Numbered from the stretch's first letter, positions 1 through 18,810 are shown. The stretch is 64,000 bases of DNA from the human T2T-CHM13v2.0 reference genome, Homo sapiens (GCF_009914755.1 NC_060940.1); one strand, 5' to 3'. Notes: a model not told the origin generated them from the sequence alone. Program-made: numbers and translations.

Positions 1-83
1 ACACTCGACAGGTAAGTCCCAGAAAAGAACCCGGCACTCAAAAACGACAGCCATTACTGAGAAATCCCCAACAGATGACTCAC

Positions 84-253
84 CTTTGGCACAGCCACTT
101 GAAACATGATATCCCAGACAGGCTGGGGAGCCGTGCTCATCATGGTCAAGAGCAGCACCTGTACCTCTGGGTGCCCAGGGGCTCCCGTCTGGGAGAAGTG
201 GAGCAGAATTCTGAATCCATTCCGGTCATACACAATGAGAGGCGGCAGGCTGC
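84..253 (-). CDS. GGA2: GGA2 exon 15 (GAE ear domain: SSLPPLIVYDRNGFRILLHFSQTGAPGHPEVQVLLLTMMSTAPQPVWDIMFQVAVPK); gene continues beyond the window
   Basis: Peptide in ORF 54..290; ccag / AAG|gtgagt; 170 nt; cumulative 1620 nt = 540 codons. Confidence 0.97.
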
Positions 254-813
254 CTGGTATAAAGGGCACAAGCAGAAGGTTTAACACCACTACAAACCCC
301 CCGGACAGCCAGGCTGGAAAGAGATGTACATGTTATCCCCAGATGCTGTTGCTTCTCCATGCAGAACATGTCCAGGACTGAATTCCTCTGCACTACCATA
401 ATCCAAGTCCTCATGACTCTAGCTGGACTCCTATGACCCTCCAAACTGACCTTTCCCCACCATCCAACCATCATACACACACCACCAGTTATTAAAAATC
501 ACATTTTTGAGGAAGATACGATCATTATTAAAATAATGCATGAACACTATAGAAAATAGAGAATTATCAGCCAGGCGTGGGGGCTCACGCCTGTAATCCC
601 AGCACTTTAGGAGGCCAAGGCGGGTGGATCACTTGAGGTTAAGAGTTCAAGACCAGCCTGGACAACATGGCAAAACCCCATCTCTACTAAAAATACAAAA
701 ATTAGCTGGGCATGGTGGTACACACCTGTAATCCCAGCCATTTGAGAGGCTGAGGCACGAAAATCACTTGAACTCGGGAGGCGGAGGTTGCAATGAACTG
801 CACTCCAGCCTAA

Positions 814-1379
<566 letters not shown>

Positions 1380-2269
1380 TTAATAAGTTTAATAACATTC
1401 CAATGGAAATTCTAAAGAGACTTTTAATTTAGCTAAGGAGTGACTCTAATGTTTATTTGAGGGGGGAAAACTATGTAAGACTGACCAATAAATTTAAAAA
1501 GGGGGGCAGGGCTATAGCAAATACTCAGATAAAATTACAATTCAAGTAAAGTGACATAAACAAAACGTGTGGAACAGATCTAAATGAGACTGTAACATAA
1601 CATATCCTTCAAAAATCAGGGCTGGCTCAATGAATGGCACTCAGACTGGTTAATCAGCTAAAAAAAAAACCTTAATATCAAAATATACATTACTAAAATA
1701 TAGCTTAGAGCTGGGTATGGTGTCTCATGCCTGTAATCCCAGCTACTCAGGAGGCTGAAATGGGAAAACTGCTTGAGGTCAGGAGTTCAAAACCAGCCTG
1801 GGCAATACAGTGAGATCTGCCTCCCACCCTCAAAAAGACAATAAAAATTTGCTGGGTGTGGTGGTGCATGCCTGTCATTCTAGCTACCTGGGGGTCTGAG
1901 GCAGGAGGATTGCTTGAGCCCAAGAAGAATATGAGGCTGCAGTGAGCTATGACTGTGCCACCGCACTCCTGCCTAGGCGATGGAGCGAGGCCCCATCTCT
2001 AAAAAAATTTAAAAAAAAATTAAAACATAGTTTAACAATGAAACTACCAAAGATTTAAGAGACTGAAAATACCAGTGGGGTATGGTGGCAAGAGTATGGG
2101 GAAAAAAAGCAACCTTTTCAGAAGGGAAATTGGTAATGCAGATCAAAATTTTAAATGTCTACATGTGGCATTTCACTGGTATTATGATCTCCTCATAATC
2201 AGGAAGGTATAAAGAAAGGCATCCAAAGATGTTCTTTGTAGCCCTGGCATCCAAAGATGTTCTTTGTAG

Positions 2270-2910
<641 letters not shown>

Positions 2911-3419
2911 TCAAGAGATCGAGACCATCCTGGCTAACACGGTGAAACCCTGTCTCTACTAAAAATACAAAAAAGTAGCTGGGCGTGGTTGTGGGCACCT
3001 GTGTCCCAGCTACTCGGGAGGCTGAGGCAAGAGAATGGTGTGAATCCAGGAGGTGAAGCTTGCAGTGAGCCGAGATCATGCTGCTACACTCCAGCCTGGG
3101 TGACAGCGAGACTCTGTCTCCAAAAAAAAAAAAAAAAAAGACTGAATAAACAGATTACAGTACCTCTACTTAATAGTGCATATATATATAAGTTCATTAA
3201 AAATCAAGTTTTTAAAGAACAACTAAGGGCATAAAAATGGTATAGGCTTATAAAGTAACAGTAAATAGAGTATAAAACATTCTATACACACTGTGGTATC
3301 AAATTATTAAGAACTGTATGTACATATATATGTATATGATAAGACAAGAAAATCTATCAAGACATGAAGAGAATTTCCATCTCTGGCTGTTAATGGTATA
3401 GATGATTTTACTTTTCTAG

Positions 3420-3453
<34 letters not shown>

Positions 3454-3557
3454 CAGAGTCTTCTCTGTTGCTCAGACTGAAGCGCAGTGGCACGATCTCA
3501 GCTCACTGCAACTTCTGCCATCTGGGTTCAGGTGATTCTCCAGGCTCAGGCTCCTGA

Positions 3558-3770
<213 letters not shown>

Positions 3771-4361
3771 TAACTTTTTTATTTTTTAAAGTTTGTTTTG
3801 TAATAATTTCAGACTTATAAAAAGTTATAAAACTAATACAAAAATTTCTATATACCCTTCATGTAGCTTCCCCAGATGTTAACATCGTAACTACAATACA
3901 GTTATTGAATTCAGAAAATTAACATTGAACATGTATTATTTCTTAAATCAAAAATCAATAAAGAAATGTGCAAAGAGCTCCCATTGTTTATCAACTCTGT
4001 TTATTTATAAATTTGTCTGCCTGGCTTTCAGGGCTCTCTGCAATCTAACCTCACCACAAAGAGCCATAGGAGGGCTCTGTGCTAAAGAGTCCAGGCCCTG
4101 GAACAGACGACCTGAGTTGTGTCCTCCTCTGCATACTGGTGTAGAGACGGTAGGCACCTTAATTAGCCGAGCCTTCCATTTCCTTCCCTTTTAACAGAGA
4201 TAATATCCACTTTTCTGCCTTAAGGAGGATCCCTAGAGAAGGAGGATCACTAGCCAAATTCATCCACTCGTTTGAATTCTACCTCTTGCCAGTCATTTCA
4301 GGCCACATTAAACATTCCCTTCTTGAATCCCAACCCAAATCAACGAACATTATGTGCCTAA

Positions 4362-4900
<539 letters not shown>

Positions 4901-4997
4901 TAAGGGCCACCTCTATCAAACTGGAGTGGAAAAAGCTGGGAGTCTAATAGATTCCCAGGGAAAAAAAAAGAAAGGTGGGGAGTGAAATTGTACTTAC

Positions 4998-5155
4998 TGG
5001 GCTTAACAGACTCCAAAGGGACAAACACTTGAGCCAGAGGTGTATTCTGTGAAGATGGGGAAGGAGCCAACGGGCCAGCCTCCCAGGACCAACCTGGAGA
5101 GGACTTAGTACCTGGTGGCACTTCCTTGGGGACACTTTTCTGCGAAACATAATTC
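4998..5155 (-). CDS. GGA2: GGA2 exon 14 (NYVSQKSVPKEVPPGTKSSPGWSWEAGPLAPSPSSQNTPLAQVFVPLESVKP)
   Basis: Peptide in ORF 4900..5121; ttgtag / A|gtaagt; 158 nt. Confidence 0.96.
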
Positions 5156-5248
5156 CTACAAAGAAATAAAAAATATCAAAGACTAGCAAAAATTGTAGCG
5201 ATTTCCTGGAATCTGGGTTAGGCTTATTAAAGAACAAGGAAAAAATAA

Positions 5249-5569
<321 letters not shown>

Positions 5570-5630
5570 TAATGCGCCAGATGTTATATGACTTTTGTCA
5601 AGTAATCGAACTCATACCTCAGCTTCCTCA

Positions 5631-5873
<243 letters not shown>

Positions 5874-7330
5874 TTAGCCAGGTGGTGGTGGCACACGCTT
5901 GTAATACCAGCTACTCAGGAGGCTGAGGCAGGAGAATGGCTAGAGCCTGGGAGGCGGAGGTTGTGGTGAGCCGAGATCACACTACTGCACTCCAGCCTGG
6001 GCAACAGAGTGAGACTCCATCTCAGGAAAAAAAAAAGAAAAAAACAAAGAAAAGCACTTAAAATGTCCACACATAATAAGAACCCAATAACCTAGAGCCT
6101 TTGTTATGAAGGTTGTTCATGTTGTACCTGTCGGGCAGTCCCTGACAATAAGTAGCTCAGTCAGGTTGTTTCCCAGGTGTGATCACAAAGGGACTTGAGC
6201 CAGGCAGATGATACACAAATTATACCAGCTACTATCCACTCCATGATTTTGTTCATTTGGGACACAAACTGAAAACATTTTAGAAAACTAAAGTCCTGAG
6301 AGGAGAAATAACCCACCCTGCCCGAGTGGCTGAAAAAAAGAAGACTGCAAGAAATGACCTCTGGGTGGCAAATGGGAATGAACTCCCAGGACATCCCACT
6401 TCTGCCTGAGCCTGGTGGTTTCTATCAGGAACATGGGCACTTTCAGGCTGTTTGGGTGAAGGTAAGCTGCACTTTTCCAGAGGCAAAGGGACAGGATCTA
6501 TGAAAATGTTGTTACATTCACACCTTAGAGAACCTCTCCCTTCAGGGATCTATACTATAAGGCACTCCCCCAAGCACCTCCAAACCAGAAATTATGTAAA
6601 TGTCCAAAAAAGGGAAATGATCAAATACATCCATGCAATAAATTGTAATGTAGCTATTAAGACTGAGGCATATTTATAGAAACTGATATGAAATGCATCA
6701 CAGATATAATATGAAAAGGTCATGCTGGAGTGCGGTTTATAAATTAAAATCCTGTTTGTGTAACAAGACACAGGAATGTACCACTACATGTACACAAAAA
6801 AAGCAAAGAAGGAACGTTCAACCTTGTTTTTAGGGAGTGGCACTTTGCACTTTGTTGTATGTTTCTCCATGGATCAAATTTTGCTTAACTTCAATTATAT
6901 GGTTATTAGAAGGGAAAACAAAAACAAACGGCAAAAACCTCATGTTCTACTACTCCTAGTCCTTAAATAAACCTCTTTTCAGATGTCTTGGCCAAAGCAG
7001 GTATTTTCCTACGACTTAGGAAAAGAAGTAAAATGAGAAAAGGGAAGCAGCACATTAAACTTTTTTTGAGACAGGGTCTCACTCTGCTGCCCAGGCTGGA
7101 ATGCAGTGGCATAGTAATGGCTCACTGCAGCCTCGACTTTCCGGGCTCAAGTGATCCTTCTACCTCAGCCTCCTGAGCAGCTGGGACTACAGTCATGACC
7201 TACCACGCCTGGCTAATTTTAGTATTTTTTGTAGAGATGGGGTTTTGCCATATCTCCCAGGCTGGTCTTGAACTCCAGGGCTCAAGCGATCCACCTGCCT
7301 TGGCCTCCCAAAGTTCTGGGATTACAGGTA

Positions 7331-8002
<672 letters not shown>

Positions 8003-8071
8003 AGGCATGAGCCACTGCACCTGGCCTAAACTTTCAATAGAAAGATGTTTCTTGGCCAGGCAGACGGATCA

Positions 8072-8422
<351 letters not shown>

Positions 8423-8465
8423 TCAGGAGCCACACTCTCCCACTCCCCTTGCCCAGAAGACTCAC

Positions 8466-8599
8466 AGAGGGCACGGAGCTGGCTGTGGTGAGAGGAGGTC
8501 CAGCAAATTCCTGTCTGCAGAAGGGTTCTGAACACCACCGCCTGGCAGCGTGCTGGAGGAGGGATTCCTCTTTTCCTCACAGCAATTCTGACCAGAAAC
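8466..8599 (-). CDS. GGA2: GGA2 exon 13 (hinge: VSGQNCCEEKRNPSSSTLPGGGVQNPSADRNLLDLLSPQPAPCP)
   Basis: ttgacag / CT|gtgagt; 134 nt; contains a second clathrin-box-like LLDLL. Confidence 0.95.
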
Positions 8600-8980
8600 C
8601 TGTCAAATCAGGAATGGCTAAAATAAGACCAGGGTATGAATGACCATCAGCCACAGTAAAACCAAGGCACAGCTCTCCTGAGCCCACCCAAGCTGCTGTG
8701 GCCCAGACTGGTGACATCTCTTGGGGCAAGAGGGGAAAGAAAGGGCAAGATCACATGCAGCTCCTGGGCAGACCTCCAGGAAGCAGGAGCCTGGTGCAAC
8801 CTGTCTCCCCCAGGTATCAGCCAGACAGTATGGGTGAGGAAGAGGCTTTGGACCTCCAAGGCCATGATCCCACCGGGACAGTGCAGGAGCACCTCTCTGC
8901 TCGCCAGGCAGTGCTGCCTCACAAGGGCAGGTCTGAGACCCTCCCATTCTCTCTCCGGGCCCTGGGAAGGGCATCCTTAC

Positions 8981-9009
8981 CATGCCTGTAACAGGAGCAT
9001 CACTGATTC
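8981..9009 (-). CDS. GGA2: GGA2 exon 12, 29-nt microexon (GISDAPVTGM)
   Basis: ttacag / ATG|gtaagg; needed to keep the frame between exons 11 and 13. Confidence 0.95.
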
Positions 9010-9203
9010 CTGTAAGAAAGGAGTAGAGTGAGATGCCTAACAGTAACTCCACCTGCTTCCAGATGAAGAGTAATGCCACACCCATCCTTTCTAGGACATC
9101 CAGAAAGTCTAGACAAATAAGCAACTTACGGAAGGTCATGTGACTCGTCCATGGCCAATCTGTGACTAATATGCAAGGGGGACCCTCTGAACTGCCCAGA
9201 ACA

Positions 9204-9832
9204 CCTGATTCCCTTGGCAGCAGGTATGTGCTCCCCAAGGGAACCAGCTCACTCTCCTACTCACAACCACCCTGATTGCCTCAGCAGCAGGTATGTGCTT
9301 CCTGAGGGGACCAGCTCACTCCCCTACTCAAAACCACCCTGATTCCCTCAGCAGCAGGCATGTGCTTCCTGAGGAGACCAGCTCACTCCCCTACTCAGAA
9401 CCCTGCTGATTCTCTCAGCAGCAGGCACTTGCTCCCAGAGGGAACCAGCTCACTCCCCTACTCACACCCATCCCGATTCCCTCAGCAGCAGGCATGTGCT
9501 CCCTGAGGGTCCAGCTCACTCTCCTACTCACAACCACCCTGATTCCCTCAGCAGCAGGTATGTGCTCCCTCAGCAGCAGACACGTGTTCTCCGAGGGTCC
9601 AGCTCACTCCCCTACTCACACTCTCCCTGACTTGCTCAGCAGCAGACACGTGCTTCCCAAGGGGACCAGCTCACTCCCCTACTCACACCCATCCTGACTC
9701 CCTCAGCAGCAAGCACGTGCTCCCAGAGGGAACCAGCTCACTCTTCCTATTCACAACCATCTCGACTCCCTCAGCAGCAGGCATGTGCTCCGCGAAGGGA
9801 ACCAGCTCACTCCCCTACTCGCACCCATCCTG
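9204..9832. repeat. Minisatellite/VNTR, ~9 units of ~67 bp, in GGA2 intron 11
   Basis: Unit ~cctgattccctcagcagcaggYatgtgctcccNgagggaaccagctcactcccctactcacaaccac; starts near 9204, 9271, 9338, 9405, 9472, 9538, 9626, 9693, 9761. Confidence 0.95.
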
Positions 9833-9862
9833 TGCCTGCTCCCCACAAGCACCTGCCCTCAC

Positions 9863-9985
9863 CCAAGGCTGCCAGGTCCTGATGAAGCAAAGATGGCACC
9901 ACAGTCCCCATCTGCGCAGGTCCATTGTCCACCTCCAAGTCAATCAGGGGGCAGGTCTTCATGCAGCCTGCTGGATTCTGAAAGA
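9863..9985 (-). CDS. GGA2: GGA2 exon 11 (hinge, contains clathrin box LIDLE)
   Basis: ttctag / G|gtgagg; 123 nt; translates VFQNPAGCMKTCPLIDLEVDNGPAQMGTVVPSLLHQDLAAL. Confidence 0.96.
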
Positions 9986-10269
9986 CTAGAAAGCCCAGGG
10001 TTAGGAAGAGAAGTCAGTTGGACATGAGAGCAAAGTCTCCACATAAATCCTATCAGCTTCCCTCAGACCACCTCCTAATCAAATGGTAACGCCCTCCCTG
10101 CCCTTCCAAGAACCTTCCACTCAGCTGAGTGTCCTGACACACAAGCTCAGCTGGCATCCAAGACAAGAGGGAGCCAAGGCCTGCCTTCCTACCCCAGGGA
10201 TCATAGGCCCTCCTGCAAAGATCCCATCACTCTGGAGGAAAGCAGATTCGGCCTTCTCCAGCTCAGGCC

Positions 10270-10440
10270 ATTCTGAGGCTTCTGACCACAGCTGATTAGA
10301 ATCACCCACAGTGCTTGAAAGACGCACACCTCCAGGCCCAGCTCCAAGCAGTCTTGATTCAGAAGGTCCAAGCCAGGGACCGCATTTCAACCAGTGCTCC
10401 AGGTGATTCTGATACAGCTGACCTGGCACTAGGAACCACT
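10270..10440. mobile_element. MER5-like (hAT-Charlie) fragment
   Basis: attagaatcaccc...gattcagaaggt...ccaggtgattctgat...gaaccact. Confidence 0.6.
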
Positions 10441-10742
10441 AAGGAAGATCATTTCTTTTGTCTCTAGCTCCTGTATGCAAGCATTTATGAGAATTCAAAC
10501 GCAGGCACAGCTTAGCCATCTGCTTTTGTGTGTAGTCAAAGCTGGGGTCCAGCCCGGCAACCAGCTCATGACAATTCCTATGGCTGGGTGTGGCAACATA
10601 TCCACTTTCACAGGAAGGGGAACAAAGGGCGAGTTCTCTCATTTCTATTCCTTAACCCAGAATATGTTTAGGACCCATTTCTTTTCTGGGAATTACAGGC
10701 TGCCCCAAGGCAGAGAAGGCAAGGAGAAGCTTTCAAACATAC

Positions 10743-10868
10743 CTCTGGAGACAGGGATGTCTCCCAATGAGCTGGTCACTCTGTTTCCAAAGGTGACCCG
10801 GCCCTCCATCACCTGTTTGTACAGCAGAACTCCTTGGGTGAGGAGGTCATTTGCCTGGAGAATTTCCG
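10743..10868 (-). CDS. GGA2: GGA2 exon 10 (GAT end/hinge: AEILQANDLLTQGVLLYKQVMEGRVTFGNRVTSSLGDIPVSR)
   Basis: ttcttcag / AG|gtatgt; 126 nt. Confidence 0.97.
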
Positions 10869-11290
10869 CTGAAGAATGAGGGAAGACTCAGAACCCCCTG
10901 GTTTGGCAACCAACAATCTCAGTCTTTTCTAAGCTTTTCCATAAAACAGCCTTCATATGGCTAGACTATGTTCAGTTTATCCACACCTCCTGCCTCCAGG
11001 TTGTGTCATCGGACCCTATCAGGCCTAGTCAGTTAACCTGAGTCCTAACATGTTAGTAGTTCTCAATGCAGAAGGAAGCAAATCTGTTCACCTTCTACAC
11101 CTGTACTGTCCAGAGTAATGGCCAGCAGTAAGCACTCAAATTAAGGCCCTTTCAATAACAAACTTTTAACTTTAACTCAGAATCTGAAGCTGCTGGCTCT
11201 GTGCAGTGGCTCATGCCTATAATCCCAGCATTTTGGGAGGCCGAGGCGGGTGGATCACCTGAGGTCAGGAGTTCGAGACTATCCTGGTCA

Positions 11291-11557
<267 letters not shown>

Positions 11558-12066
11558 TCAGAGGGCCTATTTTCATGCAAGGAAAAAAGGCTGTGTGTGG
11601 TGGTTCACGCCTGTAATCCCAGCACTTTGGGAAGCCAAGGCGGGCAAATCACTTGAGCCCAGGAGTTTGAGACCAGCCTGGCCAACATGGCAAAACTCCA
11701 TCTCTACTAAAAGTACAAAAATTAGCCAGGTGTGGTGGTGCGCAACTGTAGTCCCAGCTACTCAGGAGGCTGAGGCATGAGAATCGCTTGAACACAGGAT
11801 GTAAAGGCTGTAGAGGCTACAGTGAGCTGAGCACGCCACTGGACTCCAGCCTGAGCAACAGAGTGAGACTGTCTCAAAAAAAAGGAAAAAGGATTGCAGA
11901 GGGCATGCACATGCTATCCACTAAGAGAGACAGAAGAAATATAAACCAATTATATGGCTTTTCTTTTATGTCTGATTTAGAACAATTTTTTTTTTTTAAG
12001 TTAGCAAGAGATGATTAAGGAGAAATTTTATCAGGGCAATCTGAACACTGACTGAATCTTTGATTA

Positions 12067-12369
<303 letters not shown>

Positions 12370-13020
12370 TTAAAAGAAAAAGAAATGTCTAGAATTTGCT
12401 TCAAAACAGACTAGGGAATGGGTGTGTACAAAGAGAGGTACAGATGAAGTAAGATTAAAAAAATCAGCTATGAGCTGGTAATTATTAAAGATGAGTGAAG
12501 AATATATAGGTTTTACTATTCCCCTCTCTCATGTTTCGAGATTTTCCACAATAAAGAGTTAAAATTCTTTTTTAGTAACTGTGGACAATTCTCCACTTCC
12601 TTACAGATGTACCTTCCATTTCCCATCGGCCTGGCCCTCTTAGTTGACCTACCTGGCCCCTGAAGGTACAAAAGCCCGTGATCCCCTTGAGACACCACCC
12701 ACAGCTGTTTCTCTGGCCCCTGCGATTGGTCAGCTTTTCCTGAAGCCTCCAGTGGGATCTTTCTTCTACCTCTCACACCCCAATCTCCATGGTCAATTTC
12801 CACTTCTTTTCAGGCTTTAGACCTGCTGCTGATTTCTTACTGAAGCCTGGATCCTGCTGGAAGTCAGTTCTGAGGCAACTCAGGCCACACCCTCCCCAAG
12901 CCCAAGCTCCACGGAACCGAAAGTCCACTCTGTCTTGTTCCTGGCACAGCAGTGTGACAGGAGGGACCGAGTCTGTCTTGCACCTGGGCTGCTAGCTACA
13001 CCCAAGGAAAGAAAACTTAC

Positions 13021-13102
13021 CGAGTGCATCATCGTCATCAGTGGTGTCACTCGCCAACCGGAACAGCGTGGGCCGCAGCTTTTCACACCTCTCATACACG
13101 AC
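13021..13102 (-). CDS. GGA2: GGA2 exon 9 (GAT: VVYERCEKLRPTLFRLASDTTDDDDAL)
   Basis: tttcag / G|gtaagt; 82 nt. Confidence 0.97.
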
Positions 13103-14286
13103 CTGAAAGAGCAGAGCTTGGTTCATGACACACGCCCAGGCACCCCATAACGCCCCCCTCCAGGGCCCCAGGAGCCTTCGATCAGGCAGACGGCAGAGTC
13201 TGGGGCTTCAGAAGGCCTCCCAATGGTCCTGACTTAGAGACTGCAGTTTTGAAGTAACATGACAGAGTTTCAGAAAAAGACTACAGGCTACAAGTGTATG
13301 ATTTCTGAAAATAAAATAATCTGACCGGGCAGGGTGGCTCACGTCTGTAATCCCAGCACTTTAGGAGACCAAGGTGGGCTGATCACCTGAAGTCAGGAGT
13401 TCAAGACCAGCCTGGCCAACATGGTGAAACCCTGTCTCTACTAAAAATACAAAAGTTAGTGGGTGCCTGTAATCCCAGCTACTCGGGAGGCTTTCTCTTA
13501 GGAATTTGGAAAGACAGTAGTTCATTTCTACTAATCTTGTGAAGTGGAAGGACAGGTAAATAAAGAAGTTACGTGGAGGCTGGCTCTCCTCCTGTGCAGA
13601 GAGACATAAAAAACTGGAATGCAGAGGGAGATGGCTGAAACAGACCTGCAGAAGGAGGTGGAGAACAGAGTTCCAAGGGAGACCAACAGCATGGCTGCCT
13701 CGAACCTGGCACAGACAGGCTGTGGTTTCTTTTTGATTGTTTGTTTTTTTGGTTTTTTTTTGAGACAGAGTTTCACTGTTGTTGCCCAGGCTGGAGTGCA
13801 ATGGTGTGATCTCAGCTCACCGCAACCTCCGCCTCCTGGGTTCAAATGATTCTTCCTGCCTCAGCCTCCTGAGTAGCCGGGATTACAGGCATGCGCCACC
13901 ACGCCCGGCTGATACTGTATTTTTAGTAGAGATGGGGTTTCTCCATGTTGGTCAGGCTGGTCTTGAACTCCTGAACTCAGGTCATCCGCCTGCCTCGGCC
14001 TCCCAAAGTGCTGGGATTACAGGCATGAGCCACTGCGCCCGGCTGGGCTGTGGTTTCTTAGATGTGATAACAAAAGCACCAGGAAGACATTAAAAAAAAA
14101 AAAAGGCCAGGCATGGTGGCTCATGCCTGTAATCCCAGCACTTCAGGAGGCCAAGGCAGGTGGATCACCTGAGGCCAGGGTTCAAGACCAGCCTGGCCAA
14201 CATGGTGAAACCCTGTCTCTACTGGCCAGGCACAGTGGCTCACATCTGTAATCCCAGCACTTTGGGAGGCTGAGACGGGTGGATCA

Positions 14287-16080
<1,794 letters not shown>

Positions 16081-16112
16081 ATGTGCAGCCCCCTGTGTTA
16101 CACCTGTATTAC

Positions 16113-16250
16113 CTGCAGGGCCTCCTGGTCGGGCGGGGCCTGCCCTGGCCTGCGGTACATGCTCAGCATCTCCTGCAGCACCTTCACATGGCTTCGCACT
16201 TCCTCCACCGCACTGACCCTCTTGGACACCTTCTCCGATTTTTCTTGTTC
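16113..16250 (-). CDS. GGA2: GGA2 exon 8 (GAT: EQEKSEKVSKRVSAVEEVRSHVKVLQEMLSMYRRPGQAPPDQEALQ)
   Basis: ccaaaag / CAG|gtaata; 138 nt. Confidence 0.97.
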
Positions 16251-16807
16251 CTTTTGGGAAAAAGAGGAGGATGGGAGTGAGGGAGCAGAAACCCTGGCTG
16301 AAGCCTGAACAAGGGATGGGAAAGAGTCACTATTGAGAGAGCTCGCTCAGGGGCATCACCAGGATGTTAAGTGCATGGGAGAACTCACACAGTGGGTGAA
16401 AAAATACTCAAAAGCCCAGAGTTCCTGGGGAGGAAAATGCAGTTTGGGGACTGGTGACCATGACCTCTGCCTTTGTGCCACCAGCCTCAAGTCCTCTGAA
16501 AAGCAGATTCCTAAACCTGGACTTTGTCCATACCAATACCTGTTGCTGGGACCCAAGCTGGTGTCTAGGAAATGCTTTGAGCAGCATGGATGAAAGCAGC
16601 TGAGAAGTACGGCAGCGGGATTTCTGGTTCCAATCACCACCTTGCTGCCCTTGAGGGAGACTATGGCTGTTCCCCAGAGTTCAGGGCTAGGAGCCACTCT
16701 TTCTCCCAGGCAACCGTTCCTCTACCCCTCAAGCATAGGCTCATATGCACTGTCCTTCAGCCTCTGTCAAATGCTACTTCTACTGAACCAACTGGAAGAA
16801 TGCCCAC

Positions 16808-16888
16808 CTCCTTGACCAAATTCTTGATTAACCGGTTTGCAGCCTGAAGGTCCTCGGGGTGGTTGCTCTTTAGAAGCCTTGTCAGAAG
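16808..16888 (-). CDS. GGA2: GGA2 exon 7 (GAT, ARF-binding part: LLTRLLKSNHPEDLQAANRLIKNLVKE)
   Basis: tgcag / GAG|gtgggc; 81 nt; conserved GAT motif EDLQAANRLIK. Confidence 0.97.
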
Positions 16889-16976
16889 CTGCAGAGAGTG
16901 AACAGGAAGAGTAGGTGAGACCACAACTCCCTCAGGCCTAGAGCAGAAGCAGCAGCAACAGAAGAGTTAACACTAA

Positions 16977-17361
<385 letters not shown>

Positions 17362-17392
17362 TAAGCCAGCGTGCCTGGCCTGCCACTGGTTT

Positions 17393-17580
17393 TCAGTGGG
17401 GTAGGGGGATGTGGGGGTTACTTCTCCCAGGGGATGTCTGGCTAAGTCTGGAGAAATTTGGTTGTCACAACTAGAGAGGGGGTGCTACTGGCAGCTCGTG
17501 GGTAGAGTGAGGAATGCTGTGAACATCCTACAGTGCACAGGACAGTCCCCAACAACAGAGAATTCTCTGGCCCAAAAGGG
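17393..17580 (+). mobile_element. MER20 (hAT-Charlie) fragment
   Basis: tctggagaaatttggttgtcacaac...tgctactggca...aacatcctacagtgcacaggacag. Confidence 0.8.
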
Positions 17581-18381
17581 GACTAGGTCTGCAGTTGCCC
17601 TGGACCATGTGCTTTATGACACAACAGACCCTGGTGATCTTGTTCATCCCTTCATTTCCAGCGCCCAGCAGGATGCCTGGCACAGAGAAGTCACTCAATC
17701 TTTGTGGGACGGATGGCAGGAAAAGTGGGGATAATGAGGGCTGGTGACACAGGATTGTTTCTCAGAAGTCACACCATACCTCCTTCCTAGCTCCTCCCAC
17801 CCTCTGCAAACCTAAGGCACCAAGCAGGAGGAAAGCGGAGAAAGGTGGCCTGGAACCTAGACTAGCCTTGCTCATTCTAACAACAGGGACCTGATGGCCA
17901 CAGAGTATCTAGGCCCAAGGAGTGGGTACAGGGAGAGGGTGCAGTTGACAGGCAGAGCATACCACGCAGAAACGAGTACGCAGCGTGTAGCCTTCCAACA
18001 CTCCATGAACTAGACCTTGTGACTGACCAAGAACAGTCATGACCAAAAGCACCGCCAGCACTAGGCCAAAGGGCTCCCCACTCACAGGCACCACAGTTAT
18101 CCCTGGGTCTTGGCCACCTTCTTCTTCTTGTCCCTCTAGATACTGATGTCCAAGGAATAACGGTTTGGGGAGTTCATGGTGGATGGAAAATGGATAGGGC
18201 CGGGCTCACTGGCACTGAGAAAGAGCTGAAGCAACACACAGCAGCAAGTTCTTCCACTGTCCCCACCCCAACACCACACCCACACAGGACATGACCCATC
18301 CATCACCCACACTCCCCACGGGCTATCCTTCTGCACCTTCTTTCCCCCAGGAAGGCTGTGCACAAAAGGGAGAGGGCACAA

Positions 18382-18522
18382 AGTACCCTTGAAGGAGGAG
18401 CAGGAATTATGTCCTGGGCCCAGATCTACACTGGGGTAAGGCAGGATCACAAACAGATCCTACCAAGACCCAGGATGCAATGTCTGCCTAAGAACCAGGC
18501 TGAATCAAAACAGACTGGCCCT
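18382..18522 (+). repeat. Dispersed direct repeat, copy A (141 bp)
   Basis: Matches 19999-20141 with 5 substitutions and one 2-bp indel by manual alignment. Confidence 0.95.
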
Positions 18523-18706
18523 TATTAGTTGACTTATCCATGAAGAACGCACCCAAACCTTCTGCTACCTCACTCCTAAGGGCCTGTCTGGAGAGGAGAA
18601 CCCATGTAACCTGCCCCCCTCCATACTCCGATTCAAGCATCAAAGGGCATTTACAGTGCCTAAGAGAAAAGGTCTGATCAGACACCATGTAGGTCTGTTT
18701 CCTTAC

Positions 18707-18810
18707 CTTGGACTTTTCTTCATCAGCATCAAAGATGGAGCTCTTGGGCCAGGGAGATGGTGGGGGTAAGATTTTATCCACTGGTAGTTTAGGGTCTTGT
18801 TTTATAATTC
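18707..18810 (-). CDS. GGA2: GGA2 exon 6 (IIKQDPKLPVDKILPPPSPWPKSSIFDADEEKSK)
   Basis: ttttag / AAG|gtaagg; 104 nt; cumulative 579 nt. Confidence 0.97.

Noticed and set aside
8600-8980. GGA2 intron 12 is 381 nt (3n) with a long open frame (ORF 8618..9238)
   Set aside because: An in-frame stop at 8620-8618 precedes the acceptor, so retention truncates the protein and gives no in-frame isoform.
9204-9832. Regular repeat array superficially like CRISPR
   Set aside because: Whole units are homologous with no unique spacers, there are no cas genes, and the context is a primate intron. It is a minisatellite.
13491-13720. Unique segment between Alus with plus-strand tttctcttag|...|gtaaat pseudo-exon and ORF MQREMAETDLQKEVENRV
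   Set aside because: No recognisable homology or partner exons. Chance splice motifs are common, so it cannot be supported without RNA data.
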